A DNA stretch of 64,000 bases, from the IMG/VR virus record IMGVR_UViG_3300015360_000026; one strand, written 5' to 3'. A model generated the notes under the pieces. The model was given only the letters and a program-made list of their open reading frames with translations, did no database searches and had not been told where the DNA came from. Below are positions 35,286 to 44,294 of the stretch, one piece after another. Both the position numbers and the translations under genes were made by a program. This DNA comes from an uncultured virus (IMG/VR IMGVR_UViG_3300015360_000026). Lineage: Duplodnaviria; Heunggongvirae; Uroviricota; Caudoviricetes. Position 1 is the stretch's first letter. Each line of letters opens with the position of its first letter.

Positions 35286-38200
35286 CTTTCGAAGCTGTCG
35301 AGGAACGCGAGCTTCTTGAGGCCGGCAGCAAGCTCAGCGTGCACCTGAAGGCCGTAGTTGGTCCCGACCCGGTCCACGGCGGACTTGATCTGCGACAGAC
35401 CGAGGCCCTTCTGACGACAGTGGTCAAAGAACGACTCGGCGAACGGCGTCATGTCCATGCCGCCTTTGTCGAACCCAGGTAGTCGCGGCCCGGTGTACGG
35501 GACCGGAGGAACAGGTTGTTGCTGCCCGAAGTTGGCAGGCAGACGCGACCCGGTGTACGGGACCGGAGGAACAGGTTGTTGCTGCCCGAAGTTGGCAGGC
35601 AGACGCGACCCGGTATACGCCGGCACAACGTGCTGTGGCACCGGCTTAGCCTGGGGCATCGGCTGGGCCTGGGGCATCGGCTGGGCCTGGGGCATCGGCT
35701 GGGCCTGGGGCATCGGCTGGGCCTGCGGTTGTGGCTGGGCCTGCGGTTGTGGCTGCTGGGCGGCGTTGGTGACCGGTGCCGCTAACTGCGGAGCAATGTT
35801 GCCGACGACGCCAGCCGTTTCAGATGGAGGGGCTTGCGTGGGATCGGCCAGAGCGTTCTGAATTTGGCTAGAAAGTTGCCCGCCCAGGGTGAACTTGTTG
35901 ACGTATCCGAGCCCACGGTATAAGGGGTACTTCTCTTCGTTCTGCTGAGCGTTGTACGCGGCATTGCCGATCGCGTACGGCAATTTGTTGCTCACATCAT
36001 CAATGTTGGTCGGGTTCGACTTCGCCAGGGCCATCGCCCCACCAGCCCCCAAAAGTCCAGCACCGGTAACACCCGCAGCCTGGGTCACTCCACCCATGGT
36101 CTTGTCGAAGCCCTTGAGACCATACCCGACAGCCTGTTGCCCTCGACCGAGAACGGCCCGCCCGCCACCCTGAGCCACGTTCGCGGCACCACGGGTAAGC
36201 ATGCTGTTCTGGATCGGCTGAGTGAACGGCCGAGTCAGGGGCGTCGACAGGGTGTTCTTTACGGTCTTGACGGCCTGCACAAGCGGGTGAGCCAAGCGGT
36301 TGGTGTCGAGAGCGTGGACGCCTCGGCTCAACATCGACACACCAGGGACGCCATCCATCATGCCCGGCAACTGGTGGGTCTGGGCCAACTGCTCCTTGGT
36401 CGCCCCCGCCGCAACCCGAGACTGCATATCGGCCCGGTTCATGAGAGGCTTGACAGTCCGGGAGTCGAACAGCTTGGTGCCTTGGAGCTTGCCGCCCTGG
36501 CCGTAGCCGCCCATGGTCTTGGCAAACCCGGCTGCCCCGCGTCCCATTAAGCCGCCAACACCACGAACAAGGGCACCAAAGTACGCTCGTTTCTCAAGGT
36601 CCTTCCGCTGACAGTGGTCGAAGAACGCTTTAGCGGCTGGAGTCATATCACTTCCCCCCTTGGCGAGTCCCGGCACTGTCGGCACGTGTGGTCGGATGAA
36701 CCCAGGAACTTCCTGTCGGGCCGCGTCCTGTTGCTGTTGAAGCCGCTGCACCGCCCCTTGGCGAGCGTCGTCGATCGCCTTGTTGCCTGCTTGCTGCACG
36801 GAGTCGGCAGTCTCGTTGCCTACCTGTCGAGCGGAATTGGCCCACGCCTGCCCGCTCGTCGTGCGACCCAGCATTTGGTTGATGATCACCTGCTTGGCCA
36901 CGGACTGCTTGGCCGCTTCTTGTTGCTGCCGAATACGCTGCATCGCTTCCTGCCGAGCAGTGTCGAGAGCCTCGCCACCCGCCTGCTGTGCGGACGAGGC
37001 CAGCGTCTGTACGCTCTTCTGAGCTATCCTCCCCTGTTCCTGGGCCATCAGCCGAGACGCCTCCTGGGCCGACATCCCTCCGCTCACCCTCTGAGCCCAC
37101 GCCTTCGCAGCCGGGTGCGACATAGCCCCAGCAGCTTCCGGCGACTCGGCCACAGCCTTGAGGTTGAATTTCGGCTGAGCCGCAGCCAAACGAGGGTACA
37201 GGTTGGCTGCGGCGGTCATCTTGGCCGCGTCTTGCGGCGACTTCCAGGTCGACCAATTCAGCATGTCGGACACGGCGGGCACGTCGAGGGCACCCTGCAC
37301 CCTGTTGCTTTTCATCGCAGCAGCCACCAGCGGCTCAGCCCTGGCGGCGTTGTTGTCCCCGATCGCGTTGCCGAGGTGCGTGCGAACCGAGCGGTTCTGG
37401 AGCTCCTGCAACGCCTCGGGCGGGTAGTATTCGTGGCCGGTCCTCGTCGGCAGGCCGTGCTCATGGAACTGATTCTTCGAGAACGTCTGCGATCGGGCGA
37501 TCGGGCTAACAGCCCGGAGCAGCCGCTGGCCCGTCGGGCTGTTGACGTTGGCCTCATAGTTCTGCTGGAGGGCTGGCAGCCGCTTGCGGACTTCCTCCTC
37601 CATGATCTGCTCGGTCGGGGCCGGCGTATAGTCGGCAAGGTTGCGGATCACCCCCTGCATGATGTTGCCGCCCGCCGTGAAGTTGCCGATCCGCTTCATC
37701 ACGTTGTTGACCGGGTTCTCGTTCGCCTGCACCATGCTGTTGTGGGCGGCGTTGCCGACGGTATACGGGAAGTTCCGCTTCCCCGCAGCCCGACCAACCT
37801 CGGCAATGTCGGACTTGTCCGTCAAGCTGTCCCATATCGCGGGGAGCGGATTGTCCCGTAACTTGGCAATCTCGCCGTTCGGGTCCACCGTGTTGTACGG
37901 GTCAACGGCTCTCGTGAACCTCTGGAGGTTGTTAGCCGGGGCGTGCCACAAGGCATTCACCCCGCTGCCGAGGGCCACGCCCGCACCACCGAAGCCGACG
38001 ATCTTGGTCGCAGCCCCGAGAGCCTTGTCGGCCCCCATGAGACCGTACCCGCCCGCCTGCTGTGCCCGACCCAGGATCGCCTTGCCTCCACCCTGGGCCA
38101 CGTTCGCAGCACCACGGGCGAGCAGATTGTTCTGGATCGGGGTCGTGAGTGGGCGAGTTAAGGGCGTACCCAGCAGGTTCTTGGTCACGTTGGCCGCGTG

Positions 38201-38785
38201 CATGAACGGGTGCGTGAACCGGTTGCGGTCGAGGTAATTGAGAGCCTTGTTGGTCACCCCAACACCAGGGATGCGGGACCAATTGCCTGGTAGCTCATGG
38301 GTCGCAGCGAGTTGCTCGCGAGTCTGCCCCGCCGCCAAGCGGGCGTTCATCCCCGGTCGACGCAGGAACGGCTTCACCGTCGTCGAGTTGAACATGGTCT
38401 CGCCACGGAGGTTGCCCCCCTGACCAAAACCAGCGAGGTCCCGCACGTACGCCTTGCCGCCGTGGACCTGGGCGTCGCCCACGGCCTTCGCACCCGACCG
38501 GGCCACCTGGTTGACCTTGTCCGCCGCCTGGAAGGGTGCCTTCACCACGGCCTTGGTGCCCTGCCCGAACATCCGGGCCGCAGGACGGCCAATGCCGTTG
38601 AACAGGCCCACAGCACCACGGCCAAGGGCACCGAAGACGGCCTCCTTCTCCAGCCCCTCATTCAGCTCGGCGTACACCTGCTCGCCGAAACGAAGGCCCA
38701 CGCCGTCAACAGCCTCTTTGATCTGTTGCGGCGTGAGTCCCTTGTCACGGCAGCGGGCGAAGAATGCCTCGGCAAACGGCGTCAT
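35201..38785 (-). CDS. modular probable virion polyprotein with internal duplication
   Basis: three MTP.A..FF..C leader modules ending LEKEA / LEKRA / LKKLA; two homologous cargo segments. Confidence 0.75.
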   Translation of the reverse strand: MTPFAEAFFARCRDKGLTPQQIKEAVDGVGLRFGEQVYAELNEGLEKEAVFGALGRGAVGLFNGIGRPAARMFGQGTKAVVKAPFQAADKVNQVARSGAKAVGDAQVHGGKAYVRDLAGFGQGGNLRGETMFNSTTVKPFLRRPGMNARLAAGQTREQLAATHELPGNWSRIPGVGVTNKALNYLDRNRFTHPFMHAANVTKNLLGTPLTRPLTTPIQNNLLARGAANVAQGGGKAILGRAQQAGGYGLMGADKALGAATKIVGFGGAGVALGSGVNALWHAPANNLQRFTRAVDPYNTVDPNGEIAKLRDNPLPAIWDSLTDKSDIAEVGRAAGKRNFPYTVGNAAHNSMVQANENPVNNVMKRIGNFTAGGNIMQGVIRNLADYTPAPTEQIMEEEVRKRLPALQQNYEANVNSPTGQRLLRAVSPIARSQTFSKNQFHEHGLPTRTGHEYYPPEALQELQNRSVRTHLGNAIGDNNAARAEPLVAAAMKSNRVQGALDVPAVSDMLNWSTWKSPQDAAKMTAAANLYPRLAAAQPKFNLKAVAESPEAAGAMSHPAAKAWAQRVSGGMSAQEASRLMAQEQGRIAQKSVQTLASSAQQAGGEALDTARQEAMQRIRQQQEAAKQSVAKQVIINQMLGRTTSGQAWANSARQVGNETADSVQQAGNKAIDDARQGAVQRLQQQQDAARQEVPGFIRPHVPTVPGLAKGGSDMTPAAKAFFDHCQRKDLEKRAYFGALVRGVGGLMGRGAAGFAKTMGGYGQGGKLQGTKLFDSRTVKPLMNRADMQSRVAAGATKEQLAQTHQLPGMMDGVPGVSMLSRGVHALDTNRLAHPLVQAVKTVKNTLSTPLTRPFTQPIQNSMLTRGAANVAQGGGRAVLGRGQQAVGYGLKGFDKTMGGVTQAAGVTGAGLLGAGGAMALAKSNPTNIDDVSNKLPYAIGNAAYNAQQNEEKYPLYRGLGYVNKFTLGGQLSSQIQNALADPTQAPPSETAGVVGNIAPQLAAPVTNAAQQPQPQAQPQPQAQPMPQAQPMPQAQPMPQAQPMPQAKPVPQHVVPAYTGSRLPANFGQQQPVPPVPYTGSRLPANFGQQQPVPPVPYTGPRLPGFDKGGMDMTPFAESFFDHCRQKGLGLSQIKSAVDRVGTNYGLQVHAELAAGLKKLAFLDSFERWWAASRRSPRPHRPLRPPVRCRRARIR
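35489..35614. repeat. 60-bp tandem repeat, about 2.1 copies
   Basis: encodes YTGSRLPANFGQQQPVPPVP. Confidence 0.95.
35649..35759. repeat. 18-bp tandem repeat, about 6 copies
   Basis: GCCTGGGGCATCGGCTGG and variants; encodes QAQPMP/QAQPQP. Confidence 0.92.
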
Positions 38786-38793
38786 GTCCGTCC

Positions 38794-40983
38794 TCACGCA
38801 AGTCGACTGAGTATCGCACCCTCGGCGATGAAGTTGGCGATGTCGAGGTCAACGGCGTCCTTCTCGGCCACGGGAGGGTCGTACGCGGCCTCGTCGGCAC
38901 GGCGTCGCTTGGCGTCTATGGTCTTCTTGAACAGGCCCTCGTCGCCGCCGCAGGCGTACCAGTCGTCCATCCCCTCCTTGGAATGGAGGCCGTGCATCCC
39001 GCCCGCCATGATCCCGGCGGCACCCATGGTCGTGTCACGGTTGAGATCGTTGTTCACCACAGAGTCTGCGAGGTAGTCGTGCCTGTTGGCCCCCTTGGGA
39101 GACCGCCGCATGATCTCCTCCAGGTCCTCGTTGTTGGCCTTGCGGCTCAGGTACGCCAACGCACCCGTGATGCCCGCACCACCGAGACCGCCGATGGCTG
39201 CTCCCGTGCCGCCGCCAAGGTGAGCACCCAGGGCCGCACCGCCGAGACCGCCGAGGATGCCGGCACCAACGCCCTGCTTGGCCGGGGAGGCCATCATCTC
39301 GGGAATGGGCGTGGCATAGCTCTGGAAGATCTTGGGCAGCAGCCGGGACTTACCCTGGTCGATCTGAGCCGTCTCGTCGGCGTCGAACTCCCGTGCGGAC
39401 TTGTGCCGGCCCTTGAACGGGTTCGGCTCCTCCTTGGGCTTCTTCTTCAGGTAGTCGCCCACTGAGGCCCACGCCTCCTGGCCCTGCATGTAGTGGTCGG
39501 GCTTGTGCTGGTACGACAGGTGCGTCCCCTCGCCCGTCGCCGTCACGGCCTTGCCCTTGTTGTCTTGGGCTGCGGACTTGAGCAGGAGCACGATCGCCCG
39601 GATGTCGAAGCTCCGCTTGTTAATCTCGTTGGCAGCGACGTCCTTGACACCGGCCTGCTTGAGGATACCGGCCTCCTTGAGCAGCTGCCGGATCACGGTC
39701 ACCCGGTCGGACGCCTGCTTCTTCTTGGCCAGGTGCTCTTCGACCTCACGGTCAGACTTCTCATCGGCCGACTCCATCTTGTCGCCAATGACAGGAGTCG
39801 CAGCGTGGTAACCCGCCACACCGCCGAGCCCGCCACCGGCAAGGCTGCCGAGGAACGTCGCAAGCGGCCCGCCACCCATGTGGTGCGACAGCAGGGCACC
39901 CGACGCTGAACCAAGACCAACACCGGCACCCGTGGAGATGCCACGGGCAGCACCGCGTGCGGCACCCATCGCCATCCGGCCCTTGGCGTGGCCGTAGCCT
40001 GCCCCGGCCACGCCACCGATACCGGCACCCTGCAATGCACCGCTGATGCCCGATCCCGCCGCGTAGCCGAGGGCCGCACCCAGGGGCATCTCGGCCTGCT
40101 TGTCTAGAATCTGGCTTTTAGATCCGCCGTCGGACGCCTCGGCCATCATGCCCATTCCCATGCTGTCGTTCTTCAGGTCCTCCCGAGCGGCAGCCTGACC
40201 GACCGGACGACGGTTCTTCATGTTGAGCAGCCGCATCACGCCGTGGCGGATGTTCTGGCGGCGGTGCACCGGCGGCGGTGGCGGCGGGTCCTGCGGCGAG
40301 GTGCCAGGAACCGGCTGTCCGGGAGGCGGCTGGCCCGGTGCCACCGGCTGTCCGGGCATCGGGGGAGGCGGCATCGGTGGTTGGCCGGGGGGAGCACCCG
40401 GAGGGGGAGCCATGCCCGGAGGAGCACCCGGAGGGGGAGCCATGCCCGGAGGAGCACCCGGAGGGGGAGCCATGCCCGGAGGAGCACCAGGCGGCGGACC
40501 GGCCATCGGAGGACCAGCTGGAGGCGGTGCCAGGCCCGCAGCCTTTTTACTAAAAGCGGATTTCTCGGCGAAAAGGGGTCGCCCGGTGTCGAGGGCCGTC
40601 CCAGGGTTCGTCGCCGTGGGTGGGTTAGGTCGGAGCGTGCGTACATTCCGGCTCTTGGCCTTGGAAGAACGCACCGGTCCCCCGTTGGGAACCGACTGAG
40701 CGGCCTTCATCTGACCCACAATCCGGGCCACCGCATCCCGAATGCCCTTTCCTGCCGCCCCGCTCGCCTGCTTCTGGGCCTGCTGGGCCGCAGCCTGAAT
40801 GCCGCCGACCGTTGCGTTCGGTTGGGGGCGTGCGGCGATAGACTTGATGGGGTTGTTCTGGGCAGGCTTGCCCGCACCGGAGAGCATCTTGCTCAGGCCC
40901 ATGCCCGGAAGACCGCCCATTCCCGACTGCTGCCCGCCGAGGACGATAGGACTCGGCTGAGCACCAAGAGCTTGCTTGTTCAC
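38794..40983 (-). CDS. Pro/Gly-rich probable internal virion protein
   Basis: many KxA motifs (NKQA, QKQA, EKSA, DKQA, KKQA, LKEA, LKQA); Gly-zipper helices. Confidence 0.72.
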   Translation of the reverse strand: MNKQALGAQPSPIVLGGQQSGMGGLPGMGLSKMLSGAGKPAQNNPIKSIAARPQPNATVGGIQAAAQQAQKQASGAAGKGIRDAVARIVGQMKAAQSVPNGGPVRSSKAKSRNVRTLRPNPPTATNPGTALDTGRPLFAEKSAFSKKAAGLAPPPAGPPMAGPPPGAPPGMAPPPGAPPGMAPPPGAPPGMAPPPGAPPGQPPMPPPPMPGQPVAPGQPPPGQPVPGTSPQDPPPPPPVHRRQNIRHGVMRLLNMKNRRPVGQAAAREDLKNDSMGMGMMAEASDGGSKSQILDKQAEMPLGAALGYAAGSGISGALQGAGIGGVAGAGYGHAKGRMAMGAARGAARGISTGAGVGLGSASGALLSHHMGGGPLATFLGSLAGGGLGGVAGYHAATPVIGDKMESADEKSDREVEEHLAKKKQASDRVTVIRQLLKEAGILKQAGVKDVAANEINKRSFDIRAIVLLLKSAAQDNKGKAVTATGEGTHLSYQHKPDHYMQGQEAWASVGDYLKKKPKEEPNPFKGRHKSAREFDADETAQIDQGKSRLLPKIFQSYATPIPEMMASPAKQGVGAGILGGLGGAALGAHLGGGTGAAIGGLGGAGITGALAYLSRKANNEDLEEIMRRSPKGANRHDYLADSVVNNDLNRDTTMGAAGIMAGGMHGLHSKEGMDDWYACGGDEGLFKKTIDAKRRRADEAAYDPPVAEKDAVDLDIANFIAEGAILSRLA
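40391..40488. repeat. 30-bp tandem repeat, about 3.3 copies
   Basis: GGAGCACCCGGAGGGGGAGCCATGCCCGGA; encodes PGMAPPPGAP. Confidence 0.95.
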
Positions 40984-41068
40984 TGTTCGCCCTCCGTGGC
41001 GTGGTCTTTTTCTTAGCCGTCAGGCACAGGTGGATTGTACCTGACGGTGGTTTGGTGTGACAGAGGGA

Positions 41069-41392
41069 TCATCCGTGTGCGAACAGGTGCCCGCCAAGGA
41101 ACGCCATGAACAGCACCAGCCCCCAGTACGTCCGTATCAGCCAGCAGATACCTAGGGTGGCGAACACTCCACCCACAACCAGTGCCGGTTGCTCCTCCGT
41201 GGCCGTCCACACCTGCCGACTGATCGTGGGCTGGTTGAGAGCCCACACCAGGTAGATGTCGTAGAGGATCGCCAGCACGGTAATGAGGAGCGTGATACCG
41301 GCGAGCAGGGGCTGGTTACGCAGCACCCAATCACTGGTGCATCGGTAGCGGCCACGTGGCTTGTCGGTGCGGGTGCAGTATTCGGGCGTCAT
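41069..41392 (-). CDS. small multi-pass membrane protein (holin-like)
   Basis: AAGGAGG SD; two or three hydrophobic segments. Confidence 0.6.
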   Translation of the reverse strand: MTPEYCTRTDKPRGRYRCTSDWVLRNQPLLAGITLLITVLAILYDIYLVWALNQPTISRQVWTATEEQPALVVGGVFATLGICWLIRTYWGLVLFMAFLGGHLFAHG

Positions 41393-41450
41393 ACGACCTC
41401 CTTGTCGTTGTGATGTGTACGCCCCGACTATACCACGCACACTGAAGCGA

Positions 41451-42029
41451 CTACGACTTCTTCTTCTTGTAGTACGACTTGCGTGGCGGCAAAGGTTTCG
41501 GCGGCGACCTACCCGCAAACCGATTTTTCTTCGCAATCGCGGCTTCGCCCTGACGTTCCGCCTGGGCCACCGCACGTGCAACGGCCTGGGCCACCGCACG
41601 TGCAACGGTCTGGGACACTTCTCGATTAAGCTCGGCACGACACCGATAACAACGCTTCGAGAAGGTCTCATCCAATCCCGCCAGTGACACGCCGGGATGT
41701 TGTCTGAAAAACTCCTCGGCACACCCAGCAGCACTCGCGTCGGTGAAAACAGGCTTATTGCACTTTACGCACTTACGGGGGAGCAGGTGCAGTACCGCGT
41801 GGTGCGTCGGGCACACGACAATGAGTTCATGGTCACGCTCATCCCCTATATGGGCGTACGTCAAGTGGTGCACCTGCAAGCACCGCGTGGTCCGACAACG
41901 TCCGATCCCGACAAGATAAGAGTCGTACTGACACCGGTTCCTCGCACGAAACAAGGCGGCTTTCTTCTTCTTGGCCCACGCATCACTCAGCAAGTAGGCC
42001 GGGTAGTCGAACTTGGTTTTTACGGTCAC
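41451..42029 (-). CDS. HNH endonuclease
   Basis: YL.S.AW..K...RC...LQVHHLTY..IG.E...EL..VC..HH; contains a 24-bp duplication at 41561-41608. Confidence 0.85.
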   Translation of the reverse strand: MTVKTKFDYPAYLLSDAWAKKKKAALFRARNRCQYDSYLVGIGRCRTTRCLQVHHLTYAHIGDERDHELIVVCPTHHAVLHLLPRKCVKCNKPVFTDASAAGCAEEFFRQHPGVSLAGLDETFSKRCYRCRAELNREVSQTVARAVAQAVARAVAQAERQGEAAIAKKNRFAGRSPPKPLPPRKSYYKKKKS

Positions 42030-42082
42030 GGGCAAGACTCCAAGTAAGGGTCTAGCCGTCCTTAGCGAAACGTGACGTCCTG

Positions 42083-42574
42083 TCAGACAGTACACGGCGT
42101 CGTCGAAGCACACCGGTTGACACCGTGCTCGTGTGCGTCCACGCCGCCCTGCATCTTCATCTCGCACCTCTGGCTCCCGCAGGACGGGAAGTACACGCGG
42201 TTCAAGTACAGCTTGGTCATGTCCTTGCCGCACACGAAGCACGCACGGGGCTTGGGCTGGTGCAGTGCGTAGGGCGGGTCGCACGGCCTGGCCGTCCAGA
42301 AGTGCTCCCTAAGCGTCTCGTAGGGGAGCACCACGATGTCAGAGTCCGTACGCCTGTCGAACTCCCGAGCAAAGTGCGTCATCACCACCACACACGGGAA
42401 CACCGCGTGCTCGGGGTCGGCCGGGCAGTGACGGGTGACGTGGGTGTGGTTGGGGGGCGTGCCGTCGGGGAACACGTCCAGTGCTGCGAGCAACTCCTTT
42501 GAGGTGTTGCAGACGATGATCTTGCGGGAAACGACGTGCATCCTGTCCTCCGTGTCGATGTCGGGCATGGTCAT
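42083..42574 (-). CDS. hypothetical protein with C-terminal Zn-finger
   Basis: CFVC...SCGSQRC. Confidence 0.6.
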   Translation of the reverse strand: MTMPDIDTEDRMHVVSRKIIVCNTSKELLAALDVFPDGTPPNHTHVTRHCPADPEHAVFPCVVVMTHFAREFDRRTDSDIVVLPYETLREHFWTARPCDPPYALHQPKPRACFVCGKDMTKLYLNRVYFPSCGSQRCEMKMQGGVDAHEHGVNRCASTTPCTV

Positions 42575-42774
42575 TTCTTGTTGGCTAACAGTGGGATGTC
42601 GGTGACTAGCTTCTTACCGCAGAACATGCAGTACCTGACGGGGATGGACTTCTCCTGCCCCATGTGCCACCCTGGCGTCTTCACGTCCTTGTCATTCCGG
42701 CACGGGACCAACCAGATGATGTGGTGCTTGACGTCGGGGCAGCAGGTCGGGTGGTCGAATCGGTCGGGGGTCAT
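42571..42774 (-). CDS. small Cys-rich protein
   Basis: TCC...YCMFCGKKL. Confidence 0.6.
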   Translation of the reverse strand: MTPDRFDHPTCCPDVKHHIIWLVPCRNDKDVKTPGWHMGQEKSIPVRYCMFCGKKLVTDIPLLANKK

Positions 42775-42959
42775 TACTTGCGGTCCTCCTCGTTGAGAAT
42801 GGCGAAGCCGACTGTCTCGTACGCAAAGGTCGACAGCGGGAAGTGCTCCCGCTTCACGTACATGGTAGTCTCCGTGAGCGTGGTGACCGGTCACGGGGAC
42901 AAGTCCAGCTCGTCGATCGGGTGCGTGTCGTGCATCGCCTGCGAATAGTTGTAGTTCAC
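42774..42959 (-). pseudogene. 62-codon frame interrupted by one in-frame TGA
   Basis: GTG overlaps upstream TGA and TAA overlaps downstream ATG; TGA at 42891-42893. Confidence 0.45.
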
Positions 42960-43177
42960 TCTTTGCGGTACTCCTCGGTCTTGCCCGCCGCCATGCAGTC
43001 GAAGTACCGGGAGCAATTACCCAGGAACTTCTCCTTGGGTAGCAGCTTGGGGTCGTACGGGATGCCTAAGAGTACACCGATCTCGCGGTACACGTCCAGC
43101 CAGCAGACGTCGTCGAACTCCTGGGCCAGCATCTTGCGGCACGCGGCCTCAAGGGCTTGGTGGTCAACAGTCATCAT
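42956..43177 (-). CDS. hypothetical protein
   Basis: 73 aa with AAGGAG SD. Confidence 0.65.
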   Translation of the reverse strand: MMTVDHQALEAACRKMLAQEFDDVCWLDVYREIGVLLGIPYDPKLLPKEKFLGNCSRYFDCMAAGKTEEYRKE

Positions 43178-43187
43178 GGACTCCTTG

Positions 43188-44216
43188 TTAGCCGAGTCGC
43201 TTGGTGGGCGACTCCTCTTTGATGATTAACGTCATCTCCCGCACGGATAAGAGCATCGACACGCCACACTCGACCCTGGTTACAACCTGAGTAATGATAG
43301 GGTGCCGTCGACTCACGTCGTCGAACAGGTCTTCCAGCACGCCCATCGCCACGGTGCCGTACAGGCTCTTGTTGGCACACCTGACGGCCGCGTTGACGCA
43401 AGTCGGAATGACGGCGTCCCGCTCGTACCCCCAACCGTACTCCGACGTGAACGGGGTCAGGGTGACACGGGCTCGCGTCAGCTCGTCGATGCCGGCCAGG
43501 TGCAGGGCGAACTCTTCAGCCGTCGTTAGCGTGTCCTTGATCAACCCCGCTGAGTGTGCAAAGGTCTGACTGAACACCGCATCGACCAGCTCGTGAACGA
43601 TATCTCGGGGCGGCAACCGGTCACTACTGATGCAGTCTTGAAACTGCTTACGCTGCTCCGGCGACAACTTGATAACGTCCGGCAGCCTGTTCATGATCGT
43701 TATCGCCGAGCGGACCAAGCTGGCCAAAAACTGCGGACTACGGATGGTGATGAGCCGGCGAGTAGGCAGAGCGGACTTGTACCTCTCCGGGTCGTATACC
43801 CAACTCAGCCTCCGGACCATCTCGATGACGAACAGCCGCTTGACCCACTCGGGTTTAACGTCCGCCAGCTCGTTGTCGATGATCTGGAGAGGATCATCGA
43901 GGTCGTTCAGCTCGGCACCGGTGCTACGACGTTGCTCGGAGTCCATGACCCATTCCCGCACCTCGACGGCCTTGTCCCCGCCGTCGAGGTCCAACGACCG
44001 GAGCCGGCGGCGGGCCTTCGCCCACCACCTGACCCGAGCCTCGGCGTGGAACCGGCTCTGTTCGGCCAGGAGGTCGGCGTACACCAGCAGGGGCGTGTCG
44101 TCGTCGGGGCTGTCACGCACGGCCTGCCGCATGCCGATCTCGGTGTCGGTGCGGATGAATCCGTCGGCCAGCATGCCCTGACGCTTCATGCCGGACTTCT
44201 TGTCGTACGTGTTCAT
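43188..44216 (-). CDS. TIGR02996 domain protein
   Basis: AVRDSPDDDTPLLVYADLLAEQ...AE. Confidence 0.8.
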   Translation of the reverse strand: MNTYDKKSGMKRQGMLADGFIRTDTEIGMRQAVRDSPDDDTPLLVYADLLAEQSRFHAEARVRWWAKARRRLRSLDLDGGDKAVEVREWVMDSEQRRSTGAELNDLDDPLQIIDNELADVKPEWVKRLFVIEMVRRLSWVYDPERYKSALPTRRLITIRSPQFLASLVRSAITIMNRLPDVIKLSPEQRKQFQDCISSDRLPPRDIVHELVDAVFSQTFAHSAGLIKDTLTTAEEFALHLAGIDELTRARVTLTPFTSEYGWGYERDAVIPTCVNAAVRCANKSLYGTVAMGVLEDLFDDVSRRHPIITQVVTRVECGVSMLLSVREMTLIIKEESPTKRLG

Positions 44217-44227
44217 ACGAGTCTCCA

Positions 44228-44263
44228 GAAACGAACAAGCGGAGGGGGTATATTACCCACTCC
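44228..44263 (-). terminator. probable intrinsic terminator
   Basis: AGCGGAGTGGGTA-ATA-TACCCCCTCCGCT then TGTTCGTTT. Confidence 0.5.
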
Positions 44264-44294
44264 GCTCGAAATCAGGCAGTCCACGCAAGTGGTA

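Noticed and set aside
35489..35759. Tandem repeats as a possible CRISPR array
   Set aside because: No unique spacers; unit lengths are multiples of 3 inside a CDS; no cas genes
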